Of a stretch of 64,000 bases of DNA, positions 9,782 through 18,144 are shown in pieces; position 1 is the first letter of the stretch; the number at the start of each line of letters is the position of its first letter. The notes under the pieces are model-generated. The model did no database searches. It was not told the DNA's origin and saw nothing but the letters and a program-made list of their open reading frames with translations. The position numbers were made by a program, and so were the translations under genes. This DNA is from a virus: the IMG/VR virus record IMGVR_UViG_3300037451_000035, positions 10,497 to 74,496 of that record. The stretch is one strand, 5' to 3'.

Positions 9782-10116
9782 ACCCGAACAAGGCGTTTCG
9801 CAAATTTGGCCAAGCCTGTAGGGAGGCGCCCGAAGGCGCGTCCCTAAATGTCGGGCTTGTCTGGATCGAAAAGAAGGGCTGGCGGGTCGCTATGAACGTG
9901 CACGAGGCCATGCTGCATCTTGGTGGCAAGGAGGCGCGCGGCTTGGCTGACATCTACGACAAAAATCTGCGAGTGCCGGAATGGGCTGGAAAGACCGGCC
10001 TGGAATGGGTGCCCCCGGAACTAAGAAAACTCGCCGATGAAGCGGACCAAAAGAACAGAGACGGCATCGTTCCGCCGGAAATGTTGAACTATGTCGAGCC
10101 GCAAGGAAGCGGCTAA
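9778..10116 (+). CDS. Hypothetical protein
   Basis: ATGA overlap with the methylase stop. Confidence 0.6.
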   Translation: MNPNKAFRKFGQACREAPEGASLNVGLVWIEKKGWRVAMNVHEAMLHLGGKEARGLADIYDKNLRVPEWAGKTGLEWVPPELRKLADEADQKNRDGIVPPEMLNYVEPQGSG

Positions 10117-10132
10117 CCGCCGAACAACCGCC

Positions 10133-10342
10133 GTGACCGAACAGATAAACGATACCGAGCGAGCCTTAATGCGGGATGTTCTGCTTACGAGCTACGCTCA
10201 ACTGCTTGGGCCGGCCCCAGAAATTTTGACGGGCCTTGTCCGCAAGGGCTTGGTTGAGTGGAAGTGGAACGGCGGCGTTCCCATCTATTTCGTCACGGAA
10301 GCGGGACGTTCCCTGCTTTCTCGTCCAAAGCAGGGAGACTGA
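10133..10342 (+). CDS. Small winged-helix-like protein
   Basis: LTGLVRKGLVEW...YFVTEAGRSLL; start codon uncertain. Confidence 0.45.
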   Translation: MTEQINDTERALMRDVLLTSYAQLLGPAPEILTGLVRKGLVEWKWNGGVPIYFVTEAGRSLLSRPKQGD

Positions 10343-10343
10343 A

Positions 10344-10568
10344 ATGCCATTGAGCCAGGAAGCCAAAGACAGCCAGCGAGCCGCATTCGAAAACGCTCAA
10401 GCCAGAGCTATCGAAACTGCGACCAAAAAAGCCCAAGAGCAAATTCGAAAGGCCCTGTTCGCGCTTGAACATGACACGATGTTGAGCATCGAAAGTGTTG
10501 TGGTTGACACAAGAAACTTTGCTCAGCTCGAAACAGAGATTTTTCTGACGAAGCGTCAACGTCAATAG
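10344..10568 (+). CDS. Hypothetical protein
   Basis: GGGAG RBS then MPLSQEAK. Confidence 0.55.
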   Translation: MPLSQEAKDSQRAAFENAQARAIETATKKAQEQIRKALFALEHDTMLSIESVVVDTRNFAQLETEIFLTKRQRQ

Positions 10569-10591
10569 CGACATATCAGTAGAGAACAGCC

Positions 10592-10777
10592 ATGCCCCTT
10601 AACTCAATCGAGCGCACTTTGGTTGGATGGTTTGAGGTCAACAATTGCCGCGTTGAGCATGACCGGCACGAGTGGTTCGCATGGGTAGGGGAGAGGATGA
10701 TTCCGGTGACGGAGATCGCCATCGCCATCAAACTCGATCTCGAAAAGGCACTCGGTGGCTCTCTACCGGCGCGATAA
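10592..10777 (+). CDS. Hypothetical protein
   Basis: ORF in operon context. Confidence 0.5.
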   Translation: MPLNSIERTLVGWFEVNNCRVEHDRHEWFAWVGERMIPVTEIAIAIKLDLEKALGGSLPAR

Positions 10778-10800
10778 CATCACATAAGTAGGAGACTAAA

Positions 10801-10895
10801 ATGCTCTACGATCCGAAATGGGAAGCGCCGGCAGATACAAAGCCGCAGGAACTATGGAGAAGCCTCTTGCTTCGAGCCGCCGACACCATTGAAAA
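10801..10895 (+). pseudogene. 5' fragment of a phage gene (MLYDPKWEAP...RAADTIEK) cut by the IS
   Basis: Strong AGGAG RBS; the reading frame runs directly into the IS left end at 10896. Confidence 0.6.
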
Positions 10896-10965
10896 GGGAA
10901 TTATATACTTGACTCCATTTCCAATTTGCGCTAGTTTTCGGGCATGAATTGAGGGAAAAACGGCC

Positions 10966-11895
10966 ATGTCCAAGTCCACCATTTCGACGTTTGAACTGTT
11001 CGCCCTGATCCCCGACGCGGAGACGGCGCGGACCTATTTGGAGGCCCGCCTGTGGCCGAACGGGGCAACCTGCCCGGTCTGCGGCCTTGCCGAGCGGGTG
11101 ACGGTTCGGAAGGGCAAGCCCGGCTTCTACCACTGCCAGCAATGCGCAGAGGACTTTACGGTGCGCACCGGCACGATCTTCGAGCGCAGCCACGTTCCGC
11201 TGCACAAGTGGGTTTACGCGATGTATCTGCTCGTGACGGCCCGGAAGGGCATATCCAGCCTTCAACTGGCGAAAGAGATCGGCGTCACCCAAAAGTCGGC
11301 TTGGTTCATGTTGCAGCGGCTCCGCGAAGCCTGCGGCAAAGACCTGACCATGCTGCAAGGGCTGGTCGAGATCGACGAAACTTACGTCGGCGGGATTGAG
11401 GCCAACAAGCACGAAAAGGACAAACTGCGCATGGGGCGCGGCCCCGTCGGCAAGCAGCCCGTTTTGGGCTTGCGGGAAAAGGGCAAAGGTGGTCGCGTCA
11501 AGGCGTTCAAGATCGACAGCACCGACGCCGGAACGATCACCGACGTTATTGTGCAAAATGTCGCGGTCGGTTCGACGCTGCATACCGACGAAGCCCAAGC
11601 CTACGGCGAGATCGGCGGCCTGTTCTTCGATCACGCGACCATCAACCACTCCGCCGGCGAGTACGTCCGCGACGGCATTTCGACCAATTCGATTGAGAGC
11701 GTTTTCGCCGTTCTCAAGCGCGGGCTGATCGGGGTCTATCATCACGCCAGCCCGAAGCACATCGGCCGGTATGTCGATGAATTTGCGTTCCGGTTGAACG
11801 AAGGCAACGTCGCCCGGCACACCCTGGAACGGCTCGATAGCTTCGTCAGCCGCGTTGCCGGAAAGCGCCTGACCTACAAAGCACTTACGGCTTAG
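10966..11895 (+). CDS. IS1595 family DDE transposase
   Basis: Zn ribbon CPVC...CQQC, FTVRTGTIFERS, VEIDETYVGG, LHTDE, INHS, TNSIESVF..LKR, YVDEF.FR.N. Confidence 0.96.
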   Translation: MSKSTISTFELFALIPDAETARTYLEARLWPNGATCPVCGLAERVTVRKGKPGFYHCQQCAEDFTVRTGTIFERSHVPLHKWVYAMYLLVTARKGISSLQLAKEIGVTQKSAWFMLQRLREACGKDLTMLQGLVEIDETYVGGIEANKHEKDKLRMGRGPVGKQPVLGLREKGKGGRVKAFKIDSTDAGTITDVIVQNVAVGSTLHTDEAQAYGEIGGLFFDHATINHSAGEYVRDGISTNSIESVFAVLKRGLIGVYHHASPKHIGRYVDEFAFRLNEGNVARHTLERLDSFVSRVAGKRLTYKALTA

Positions 11896-11907
11896 GAGGA
11901 TTTGACT

Positions 11908-12522
11908 ATGAACAGAAAACCCACCGCATGGCGCATTGCCGATACGTTCCTTGAACTGCGGAAAGAGCGCAGGGAAGAACTCGCGAAATTGATCGAAGCC
12001 GAATTGGACGCCACGGCGGAATTGACGGTGCATTCGCTGCGCAATGAACAGCATGTCTTTTTCTATGAGCGCGATTTTTACGTCCTGTCGAATTTTTCGG
12101 CCTTTACCTTGGATTGGAAAGGATGGCGCTTCGATACATCTGAGGCCGCTTATCAGTGGGAGAAATTTGCTCACAAAAACGAGCAAGATATTATAGGTGG
12201 TCACGAATGCGATATTTGCTACGCGATACGCCGCGCGCCGTCCGCTCACCACGCCTTTAAACTTGCAGAAGCATCGGCGGATCGCCGTAGGCCAGATTGG
12301 AATGCTGTTCGTGTTGAAATTATGCGTGACATTTTGCGAGCCAAAGCTAATCAACACGAATACGTCCGCCGAAAGCTTCTTGCGACCGGCGACCGCCAAC
12401 TGATTGAAGATAGCTGGCGCGACGACTTTTGGGGCTGGGGACCTAATCGCGACGGCCAAAATATGCTGGGCAAGCTTTGGATGGAGGTTCGGAATGAACT
12501 CCGACCCGCAAAAGCCGCCTAG
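11908..12522 (+). CDS. NADAR (YbiA-like) family N-glycosidase, IS passenger
   Basis: LSNF, TSEAAYQWEKF, RPDW...IM...LRAK..QH...LLATGDRQLIEDS..DDFWG.G....GQNMLGKLWMEVR. Confidence 0.92.
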   Translation: MNRKPTAWRIADTFLELRKERREELAKLIEAELDATAELTVHSLRNEQHVFFYERDFYVLSNFSAFTLDWKGWRFDTSEAAYQWEKFAHKNEQDIIGGHECDICYAIRRAPSAHHAFKLAEASADRRRPDWNAVRVEIMRDILRAKANQHEYVRRKLLATGDRQLIEDSWRDDFWGWGPNRDGQNMLGKLWMEVRNELRPAKAA

Positions 12523-12631
12523 CGTTCTCGACGCTATCGCCGACCGGGTGTTGCGGTACCGGCCCAAGCCCAAATCGAAGCCAGCGAAGCGGCGCAAGCG
12601 TCGCGCGGCCAAAATCGAGCGGTCAAAATGA
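12494..12631 (+). CDS. Small basic ORF at the IS right end
   Basis: MNSDPQKPPSVLDAIADRVLRYRPKPKSKPAKRRKRR; GGAGG RBS. Confidence 0.5.
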   Translation: MNSDPQKPPSVLDAIADRVLRYRPKPKSKPAKRRKRRAAKIERSK

Positions 12632-12651
12632 GGGCAGGGAGTCATGTATAT

Positions 12652-13128
12652 CATGCTTATCCGGTTGCCACACACAAACGCTGAGACCTACTAGATATAG
12701 GAGCTAAAAATGGGTCACCACGGTTCGGAAGAAATGTCGTCGGAAATGCAGCAAAAGCTTGAGGATGCCCTGAAGCGCGACAAAGAGGACGGCGTTCTGC
12801 GCAAGCAATTAGCGGCCGAAAGCCCGCAGTTCGGCGCGAGCGGCAAATATCCCATGGGCAAGCTCGACAAATCCGATGAGGGCGAGATTACGTTCGGAAT
12901 TGCCTCGCATTGGGGCAAAGTCATCATCAATTTCGGCAAACCAGTGGCTTGGTTAGGCATGGATGCCGCGCAAGCAATTGCTTTGGCCGCGTCTCTTTTG
13001 GAGCACGCCCACCGCTGCCGCGATATTGGCCGCGAGCATAGGACGGAAAGCAAAGCCACGAGCGGCGAAACCCAGCCGGTGTCATGACCACAAGATGTAG
13101 GGCTGTGTGTCTAAACCGGATAAGCATG
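12652..13128 (+). mobile_element. Non-autonomous IS1595-family (ISSod11-group-like) insertion cassette
   Basis: IRs CATGCTTATCCGGTTgccACACACA / CATGCTTATCCGGTTtagACACACA (22/25); 8-bp duplication ATGTATAT at 12644-12651 and 13129-13136; no transposase. Confidence 0.9.
12710..13087 (+). CDS. Hypothetical passenger protein
   Basis: AGGAG RBS; FGASGKYPMGKL...DEGEI.FGI...VIINFGKPVAWLGM. Confidence 0.75.
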   Translation: MGHHGSEEMSSEMQQKLEDALKRDKEDGVLRKQLAAESPQFGASGKYPMGKLDKSDEGEITFGIASHWGKVIINFGKPVAWLGMDAAQAIALAASLLEHAHRCRDIGREHRTESKATSGETQPVS

Positions 13129-13143
13129 ATGTATATAATTCCC

Positions 13144-13328
13144 TTATTGAGCGCCTAGCTGGCCTCAAAGGAACGTGGCATTGGGGCCATACTAAAATTC
13201 ACCCCTGGATTTACGTAGAGGATCGCGATCTTATCGTGCGGGCGCTGCGAAAACTAATCCAAACCGATGGTGAGGATCAACGGACGCTTATACCGTTCGT
13301 TCACACTCATAGCGGCGGCGACAGTTAA
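13144..13328 (+). pseudogene. 3' fragment of a gene truncated by the IS right end
   Basis: Open frame LIERLAGLK... starts at the IS boundary; the only upstream start lies inside the IR. Confidence 0.4.
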
Positions 13329-13357
13329 GCGATCAGACTGAAACAGGGAGCAAACAA

Positions 13358-13735
13358 ATGACCGACTTACTGGAACGGCTGATCGAGGAAGCGCGGCTGC
13401 ATGGCCGCGCGGCGCTGGAGCGTGAGAATGCAATTGCCGCGCTGGAGAACTCCGGCAGAGGATTGGCCAAGACCGTCGAGGCGCTGGAGAATCTTCGAAT
13501 CGCACACGGCACATTGCTGAAAACCACCGAGGCATTGCGCGACGAACTGCACGAATCGCGCACTCGCGAGCAGGCTGGCATCGTCGCCCTTCGCGATATG
13601 AACGCGAGCATCGAGAAATACATCTGGCGTGTGCAAAAAGAGCACGGCAAAAAATCCGCCCGCGATCGAGTCGGCGAACTCGTCCTTGCCAAAGCCGCGG
13701 CTGACAAAACGATTAAATCATTCGTGCCGTTCTGA
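13358..13735 (+). CDS. Coiled-coil hypothetical protein
   Basis: AAACAGGGAG RBS; MTDLLERL. Confidence 0.65.
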   Translation: MTDLLERLIEEARLHGRAALERENAIAALENSGRGLAKTVEALENLRIAHGTLLKTTEALRDELHESRTREQAGIVALRDMNASIEKYIWRVQKEHGKKSARDRVGELVLAKAAADKTIKSFVPF

Positions 13736-14196
13736 TGCCGCGTCTGCCGCGCCCGAACATTCCGCTCGCCGTCCGCGTCAAGGTGGCGGAACGGCAACTG
13801 CGCGAAGTCCATCCGCTCGCGGCGAGCATTCTTTACGGGTTGGACGAGCCGATGCCGCTCGGCCGGCGCCTTCAGAGATTGTTGGTTGCGATCTTCGGCA
13901 AAGCGAAAATCGAATTGCATCATCGGCCCGCGTTGGTCAATCGCCGCCGATACGTGCGTAGCGGCAAGGTCTTTTACGATCCGCCGGCGAACGACCCGAA
14001 CCATCTGGTCTATTTGCCCGAGGACGATCACGACATCGAGACTCGCGTGCGCGGCTTGCACGGCCAGCACAGCGATCTCGGGCTGGTCCGAAAACGCAAG
14101 CGCAAGGAGCGGAAGGCGAAGCGACCGAAAACCAGATGGCCGTCGCGTCCATTGCAGAGCGCGAGCCGATGGCCGACGAAGAGGAAAATGCGATGA
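13735..14196 (+). CDS. HNH-like protein with basic tail
   Basis: IELHHRPAL...ANDPNHLVYL..DDHDIET. Confidence 0.6.
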   Translation: MPRLPRPNIPLAVRVKVAERQLREVHPLAASILYGLDEPMPLGRRLQRLLVAIFGKAKIELHHRPALVNRRRYVRSGKVFYDPPANDPNHLVYLPEDDHDIETRVRGLHGQHSDLGLVRKRKRKERKAKRPKTRWPSRPLQSASRWPTKRKMR

Positions 14197-14348
14197 GCAA
14201 ACAGACAATAGGCCCGCGAGAATTTGAACTCCGGCGCCAGCGCGAAGCGGACGCGAAAGCCAAGCCGAAGCCGCTGGCGGATATCACGGCGGAATTGCCG
14301 AAGCCGTCAGGGCGAAAGCCGGTCAAGAGAAAGCGGCCGCACAAATAG
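14193..14348 (+). CDS. Small basic protein
   Basis: ATGA-coupled MSKQTIGPREFELRRQRE. Confidence 0.5.
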   Translation: MSKQTIGPREFELRRQREADAKAKPKPLADITAELPKPSGRKPVKRKRPHK

Positions 14349-14355
14349 CCGAGCC

Positions 14356-14660
14356 ATGGACGGCCGCTCGACCCTCGCCGAGATCAGTGCCGCGGTGTCA
14401 CTACGATGCTTGCTCCGCTCGGCGCAAAAACTTGGGACTATCTCGACAAGAGACGCGCGATGGTCCAACGCCAAGGAATCAATCGCGTGCGGCCAGCGAT
14501 GCGTGCGGGCTGGAAAGCAACCTTCGAAGTGATGGTGCTTTTACCAGAGTACATCGATCGCAATATCCTGCGTGAGACTATTGAGGCGGCTGGCCGTCTC
14601 TGCGGCGTCGGTGATTATCGACCGACGTTCGGTCGATTCGGAATTGTTAAGTTCAAATAG
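14356..14660 (+). pseudogene. C-terminal fragment of a putative RAMP/Cas7-like phage protein
   Basis: LAPLG..WDYLDKRRAMVQRQGINRVRPAMRAGWKATFE...AGRLCGVGDYRPTFGRF has a C-terminal Gly-rich loop; no clear RBS; probable 1-nt deletion near 14404. Confidence 0.55.
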
Positions 14661-14789
14661 GCGCGATGAGGCGGGGTGAGCTATGGTGTGGTCCGGCAAG
14701 GTCCGGCGTGGTGGGGTTGGGTCCGGTGCGGTACGATGCGGTTAGGTTGGGCGGGCTTGGGTGGGGCGTGGTAAGGTACGGTCTGGCCT
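14660..14789 (+). repeat. Array of 26 in-phase pentamers GGY-NN (candidate guide ncRNA)
   Basis: 22 units start GGC/GGT, 2 GAT and 2 GCT; the last two bases vary; the array starts at the stop codon of the upstream gene. Confidence 0.92.
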
Positions 14790-15280
14790 TCATTCTCTGA
14801 AGGCGATGGCGCCGCTTACCGGACGACACTGGGTCCGGACGGCGCCATTGTCGTTTCCCGATTCGATCATCCAAGTCCCGGCCGGGCATTCTCCGGCGAC
14901 GATCTCCCCGACGTGGTGCGACCAAACGACGATAACCCCCGAATGAGGGCCAGCGGCGGCGTGACCCCAATGCGCCCAATTCCGCGCCAAATTGTAGGCC
15001 GGGTCTGATTCGTGCCTTTGCTGGCGCATGTACCAACCGCACCACTCGCGCGGACGGCCATCGCCGCGCTCTTCAGGCGCTCGCAGGCTCACGTTCGCCA
15101 GCGCCGCCCCGGAGGCGCGGAAGGAGGCGGCCACGCTATGGGCAAAGCCCTGGAGCGCGCCGCCTATGGCTTCGGCAAGGCTTGGAGGCTCGGGCTTGCG
15201 GTGCCGGGCTTCGGCCGAGCCGGCGAGAATCAGGAGCACGACGCCGGCCGCAAAAATGACCCGGCAATCGAGCCGGGTCA
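14790..15280 (-). CDS. Secreted CHAP/NlpC-like peptidoglycan hydrolase
   Basis: Signal peptide then WCGWYM...YNLARNWAHWG...VIVVWSHHVG...SGND (Cys/His dyad); start uncertain. Confidence 0.6.
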
Positions 15281-15327
15281 GTATGGGGAGGTTCCGCCCA
15301 AGTAGGGCGAGACTGTACGCGAACAGC

Positions 15328-15822
15328 CTACGCCGTATTGCTCGGCTCGGCAAATCCGGTGATGCCGGCGAGCCGAACGTCGCTGGAATGGCGGAGGGGA
15401 TCGTCGCTCGCATCGTCTTCCTCCATATAGCGGCGCCGCGGTAGCGGCTGGAATGCCGGCGGCATCGTCTTGTCCCTGGCCGCATTCCGAAGATGAAGTT
15501 GCCATAGCTCCCGATAGATGATCTCAAAGCGGTCGTCGTCCTCGCGATTGTGCCGGGACATGACATAGCGGAAATCCTTCGCGACGGCGGCGATCGCTTT
15601 CATTATCTCGTCTTTTACGGAATAGGTCAGCGCCCGATTGTTCGATAGCTGGCGCAGGATGAAGATCGTCACGACCGCCGTCAGCGTCGAGGCGGCGACG
15701 ATGGCGCCGGCGAGCCACGCCAACAAGCCCTGAGTGACGGGGATATCAGCGGCCGAGGACGCAGCGGGAGCGAGCGGAGCTGCGGCGGCGATCGTCAAAA
15801 GCAGCATTCCGCCATTCCCCAA
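15328..15822 (-). CDS. Membrane protein (lysis region)
   Basis: TM segment LLAWLAGAIVAASTLTAVVTIFIL. Confidence 0.55.
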   Translation of the reverse strand: MGNGGMLLLTIAAAAPLAPAASSAADIPVTQGLLAWLAGAIVAASTLTAVVTIFILRQLSNNRALTYSVKDEIMKAIAAVAKDFRYVMSRHNREDDDRFEIIYRELWQLHLRNAARDKTMPPAFQPLPRRRYMEEDDASDDPLRHSSDVRLAGITGFAEPSNTA

Positions 15823-15906
15823 CCCATAGCTTTCGACACTTTAGTACCATGACCAAAGTCTCGTCACACTCCTTCGAAAGTCCCGGTACTAAAGTATTGG
15901 AGGCAA

Positions 15907-16395
15907 TCACGTCCTCCGATCCGACAAGATCAAACCTAGTTCAGCGATTCGATCCCTGGCACTTTTCAGAGCAGCAAGCGCCTCGACCGTGGGCTCCGAT
16001 CCGGCGGCTTTTTTCAGCTCGATCAATTCTTGCAGCGCTGCGGCCTCACGAACGGCCGAGCCGTATTCGCCTTGCATCGATGCCGTCAAATTGCTGTTGA
16101 CGAGGCCGTGGATGGTATCGAGCGTCTTCTTGGATTCCTTGGCCGTCTCGGCAACCTCAGCCGTATTGATCGCCAGCAACCTTGCCGCTTCGGCGGCCTT
16201 TCCAGCCGCTGCGTCCTGGCGCTCGACCAGAAGCTCCGCGGCCTCTGCGGCTTGCCTCGCAACTTTGTCCAGACGCTCGTAATCCTCAGCCTTTTCCTTG
16301 CGCCTGTTTCGGCTGTTCAAGGCGGAGAGTAGGAGCGGGGCAACCGTGCTTGAGACTCCGCCCACGATGACTGCCACTAAAACGGTGTCCGGCAT
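15907..16395 (-). CDS. Membrane-anchored coiled-coil protein
   Basis: N-terminal hydrophobic helix, GGAGGG RBS. Confidence 0.6.
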   Translation of the reverse strand: MPDTVLVAVIVGGVSSTVAPLLLSALNSRNRRKEKAEDYERLDKVARQAAEAAELLVERQDAAAGKAAEAARLLAINTAEVAETAKESKKTLDTIHGLVNSNLTASMQGEYGSAVREAAALQELIELKKAAGSEPTVEALAALKSARDRIAELGLILSDRRT

Positions 16396-16475
16396 TGTCG
16401 AATCGGCCCTCCAAAATGCGCTGCGCCCCGGCCGAAAGCCGAGGCGCGATGTTTAACACGAATCGAAGGTTTTCG

Positions 16476-16991
16476 TCAGCCGGTCGCAGCCTCGCGTTCC
16501 GTGGGAATGCGCTCGCCGGCGCGGTCAAGAATCTTCTTCAGCGAGGCGCTTTCCGGGCTTAGCGGTTGCTGCCGCTGCGGACTGCCGCGAAGCTGAGTGA
16601 CCAGCTTGTCGCCCACGGCATCGCGATTGATAATGTTGAGGGCGTGGGCGCCGACCGAAGTCAGATGCCGCGAACTCGTCATCATGGAGCCGACCGCCCG
16701 GGAAAGGACGCTGACGACCTTTTCCTTCGCGCTAAGCTGGCCGCGCAACGCCGCGAGTTCTTCGTCGCGCCGGTCGATCTTGTCTTGGTAATCCTTCGAT
16801 ATGCGCTCGATCTCCGCCGCTTGCATTCTGGCGGTCTCTTGCAGCGAGGCGCAAAGGTTGGCCTGCTCTTCGAATTTGTCGTCGGCGTCGCCCATCTGCT
16901 CGACCAGAAGCAAGGTCTCCGCCCTCAGTGTCTCCAGCACGCTCTCCGCGCCTTGCTGGATTTGCCTTGCGCGTTCGGAAAAGTCGCTCAT
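16476..16991 (-). CDS. Coiled-coil hypothetical protein
   Basis: AAAGGGG RBS then MSDFSERARQ. Confidence 0.6.
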   Translation of the reverse strand: MSDFSERARQIQQGAESVLETLRAETLLLVEQMGDADDKFEEQANLCASLQETARMQAAEIERISKDYQDKIDRRDEELAALRGQLSAKEKVVSVLSRAVGSMMTSSRHLTSVGAHALNIINRDAVGDKLVTQLRGSPQRQQPLSPESASLKKILDRAGERIPTEREAATG

Positions 16992-17014
16992 CGGGTAGCC
17001 CCTTTGTGTTGATA

Positions 17015-17042
17015 AAGCCGCCGCGAATCCACGCGGCGGCTT
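17015..17042 (-). terminator. Hairpin, probable intrinsic terminator after the porin gene
   Basis: Perfect 11-bp stem AAGCCGCCGCG/CGCGGCGGCTT; short U tract. Confidence 0.5.
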
Positions 17043-17070
17043 AGAGGTTAGCGTGCCTTTTCGCGGCGCG

Positions 17071-17886
17071 CTATCGGACAGGCAAGGCGAAATCGATGCC
17101 AGCCAAGTAAGTCTTGTTTCGACTGACACTGGCGACGCCGATCGGCCCGATCTTGCCGAACACGTTGTTAAATTCCAAATCCTTCCCCGACCAGTCCGCC
17201 GACGCCCACACCTTGATGGCGCCGCCGTTCGGCGTGCCGTTGGTGGCCAGAGTCGGGTAGATGAACTGCGTAAGCAGACCACCAGCGATGGCCGTGGTCG
17301 TGCCACCGACGCCGCCGAACTGACCGCCAACGCCATACTCGCGCACTTGGACGCCGAAGCACTGTTTCGGGATACCGACTTGCACGTTGGCCGGCAGTGA
17401 TGGGGTCCACGTCGGCCAGCTAAGGCCGAGGTTGCCGATCACCGAGGTCACGGCCAGCACCACGTCGGCGCCAACGCAAGCGTCCTGGGTCGCCGACCAC
17501 CGGCTCCAGAAACCGGCGCTGCCGCCTGGCACCTGAAAACCGCCCTGGACGTTCTGATAGGCGGCCTTGGCCTCGAGCATGTACCAGTTGCCGAAGCCGA
17601 CCACGTTGGTATTGCCGTGGACGTAGCCGAACCCGACCTCGACGCCGCCCCCTGAAGCGGTGACATTGGAACTGACGAGGCTCGGGATCAGAAGGCTATT
17701 GCCGTTCACACTGGACTGCTCGACGCCGGCATAGGTGCCGACTTCCCAGAAGAGGCCAGAACCGCTCCAGTTGACGAATGGCGAGACCACCGGCGGCGAT
17801 GCCTTGACCGCCATGTCGGCGGCGGCCGCCGGGAGCGAGAGCGCGGCCAGCGCGGCGGCCGCAGCGAAGATCGACTTGCGCATCAT
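17071..17886 (-). CDS. Outer-membrane beta-barrel (rhizobial porin/Omp-like) protein
   Basis: Signal peptide plus ADMAVKASPP...NWSG, alternating beta strands, C-terminal YLAGIDF. Confidence 0.7.
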   Translation of the reverse strand: MMRKSIFAAAAALAALSLPAAAADMAVKASPPVVSPFVNWSGSGLFWEVGTYAGVEQSSVNGNSLLIPSLVSSNVTASGGGVEVGFGYVHGNTNVVGFGNWYMLEAKAAYQNVQGGFQVPGGSAGFWSRWSATQDACVGADVVLAVTSVIGNLGLSWPTWTPSLPANVQVGIPKQCFGVQVREYGVGGQFGGVGGTTTAIAGGLLTQFIYPTLATNGTPNGGAIKVWASADWSGKDLEFNNVFGKIGPIGVASVSRNKTYLAGIDFALPVR

Positions 17887-17976
17887 GGGAATGTCCCCCT
17901 GTTTGATGATTCGGAATTTACCGGATCATCCTAGCCGGGGAGGGTGTGTCGTGCGCGCCACACCTATCGGAAATCG

Positions 17977-18126
17977 TCACGCCTTCGGCTGGACTTCCTG
18001 TGCGGTCTTCGCAATGGCAAGAAAATGCGGGGTCAAGGCGAGCAGGGCTTCGAGGCCGATCTTATCGACGATCGCTTTGATGTCGGTTTGGTTCTTTTCG
18101 AGAATTGCAGCGATAGTCGGATTCAT
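17977..18126 (-). CDS. Small hypothetical protein (49 aa)
   Basis: GGGAG RBS; MNPTIAAILEKNQTDIKAIVDKIG... Confidence 0.55.
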   Translation of the reverse strand: MNPTIAAILEKNQTDIKAIVDKIGLEALLALTPHFLAIAKTAQEVQPKA

Positions 18127-18144
18127 GTCGTTCTCCCTTTTGGG

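Larger units (their letters stand above)
10896..13143 (+). mobile_element. IS1595-family (ISNwi1-group-like) transporter IS with passenger genes
   Basis: Left IR GGGAATTATATACTTGACTCC (10896-10916). The right IR reconstructs to GGAGTCATGTATATAATTCCC (20/21 match) once the nested element and one copy of its duplication are removed. Confidence 0.88.

Noticed and set aside
10852-12675. 607-aa - strand ORF spanning the IS
   Set aside because: Antisense shadow of the transposase and NADAR genes, with no recognisable motifs (unlike the intein antisense ORF).
14660-14789. Pentamer tract as a CRISPR array, microsatellite or coding repeat
   Set aside because: No 25-40-nt repeats with spacers, the units are not identical, and a period of 5 does not fit codons. 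A G-quadruplex role is not excluded.
15132-15142. 11-nt match (CACGCTATGGG) to the concatenated NN string of the array
   Set aside because: About one such match is expected by chance in a window of this size. No convincing self-target was found by eye.
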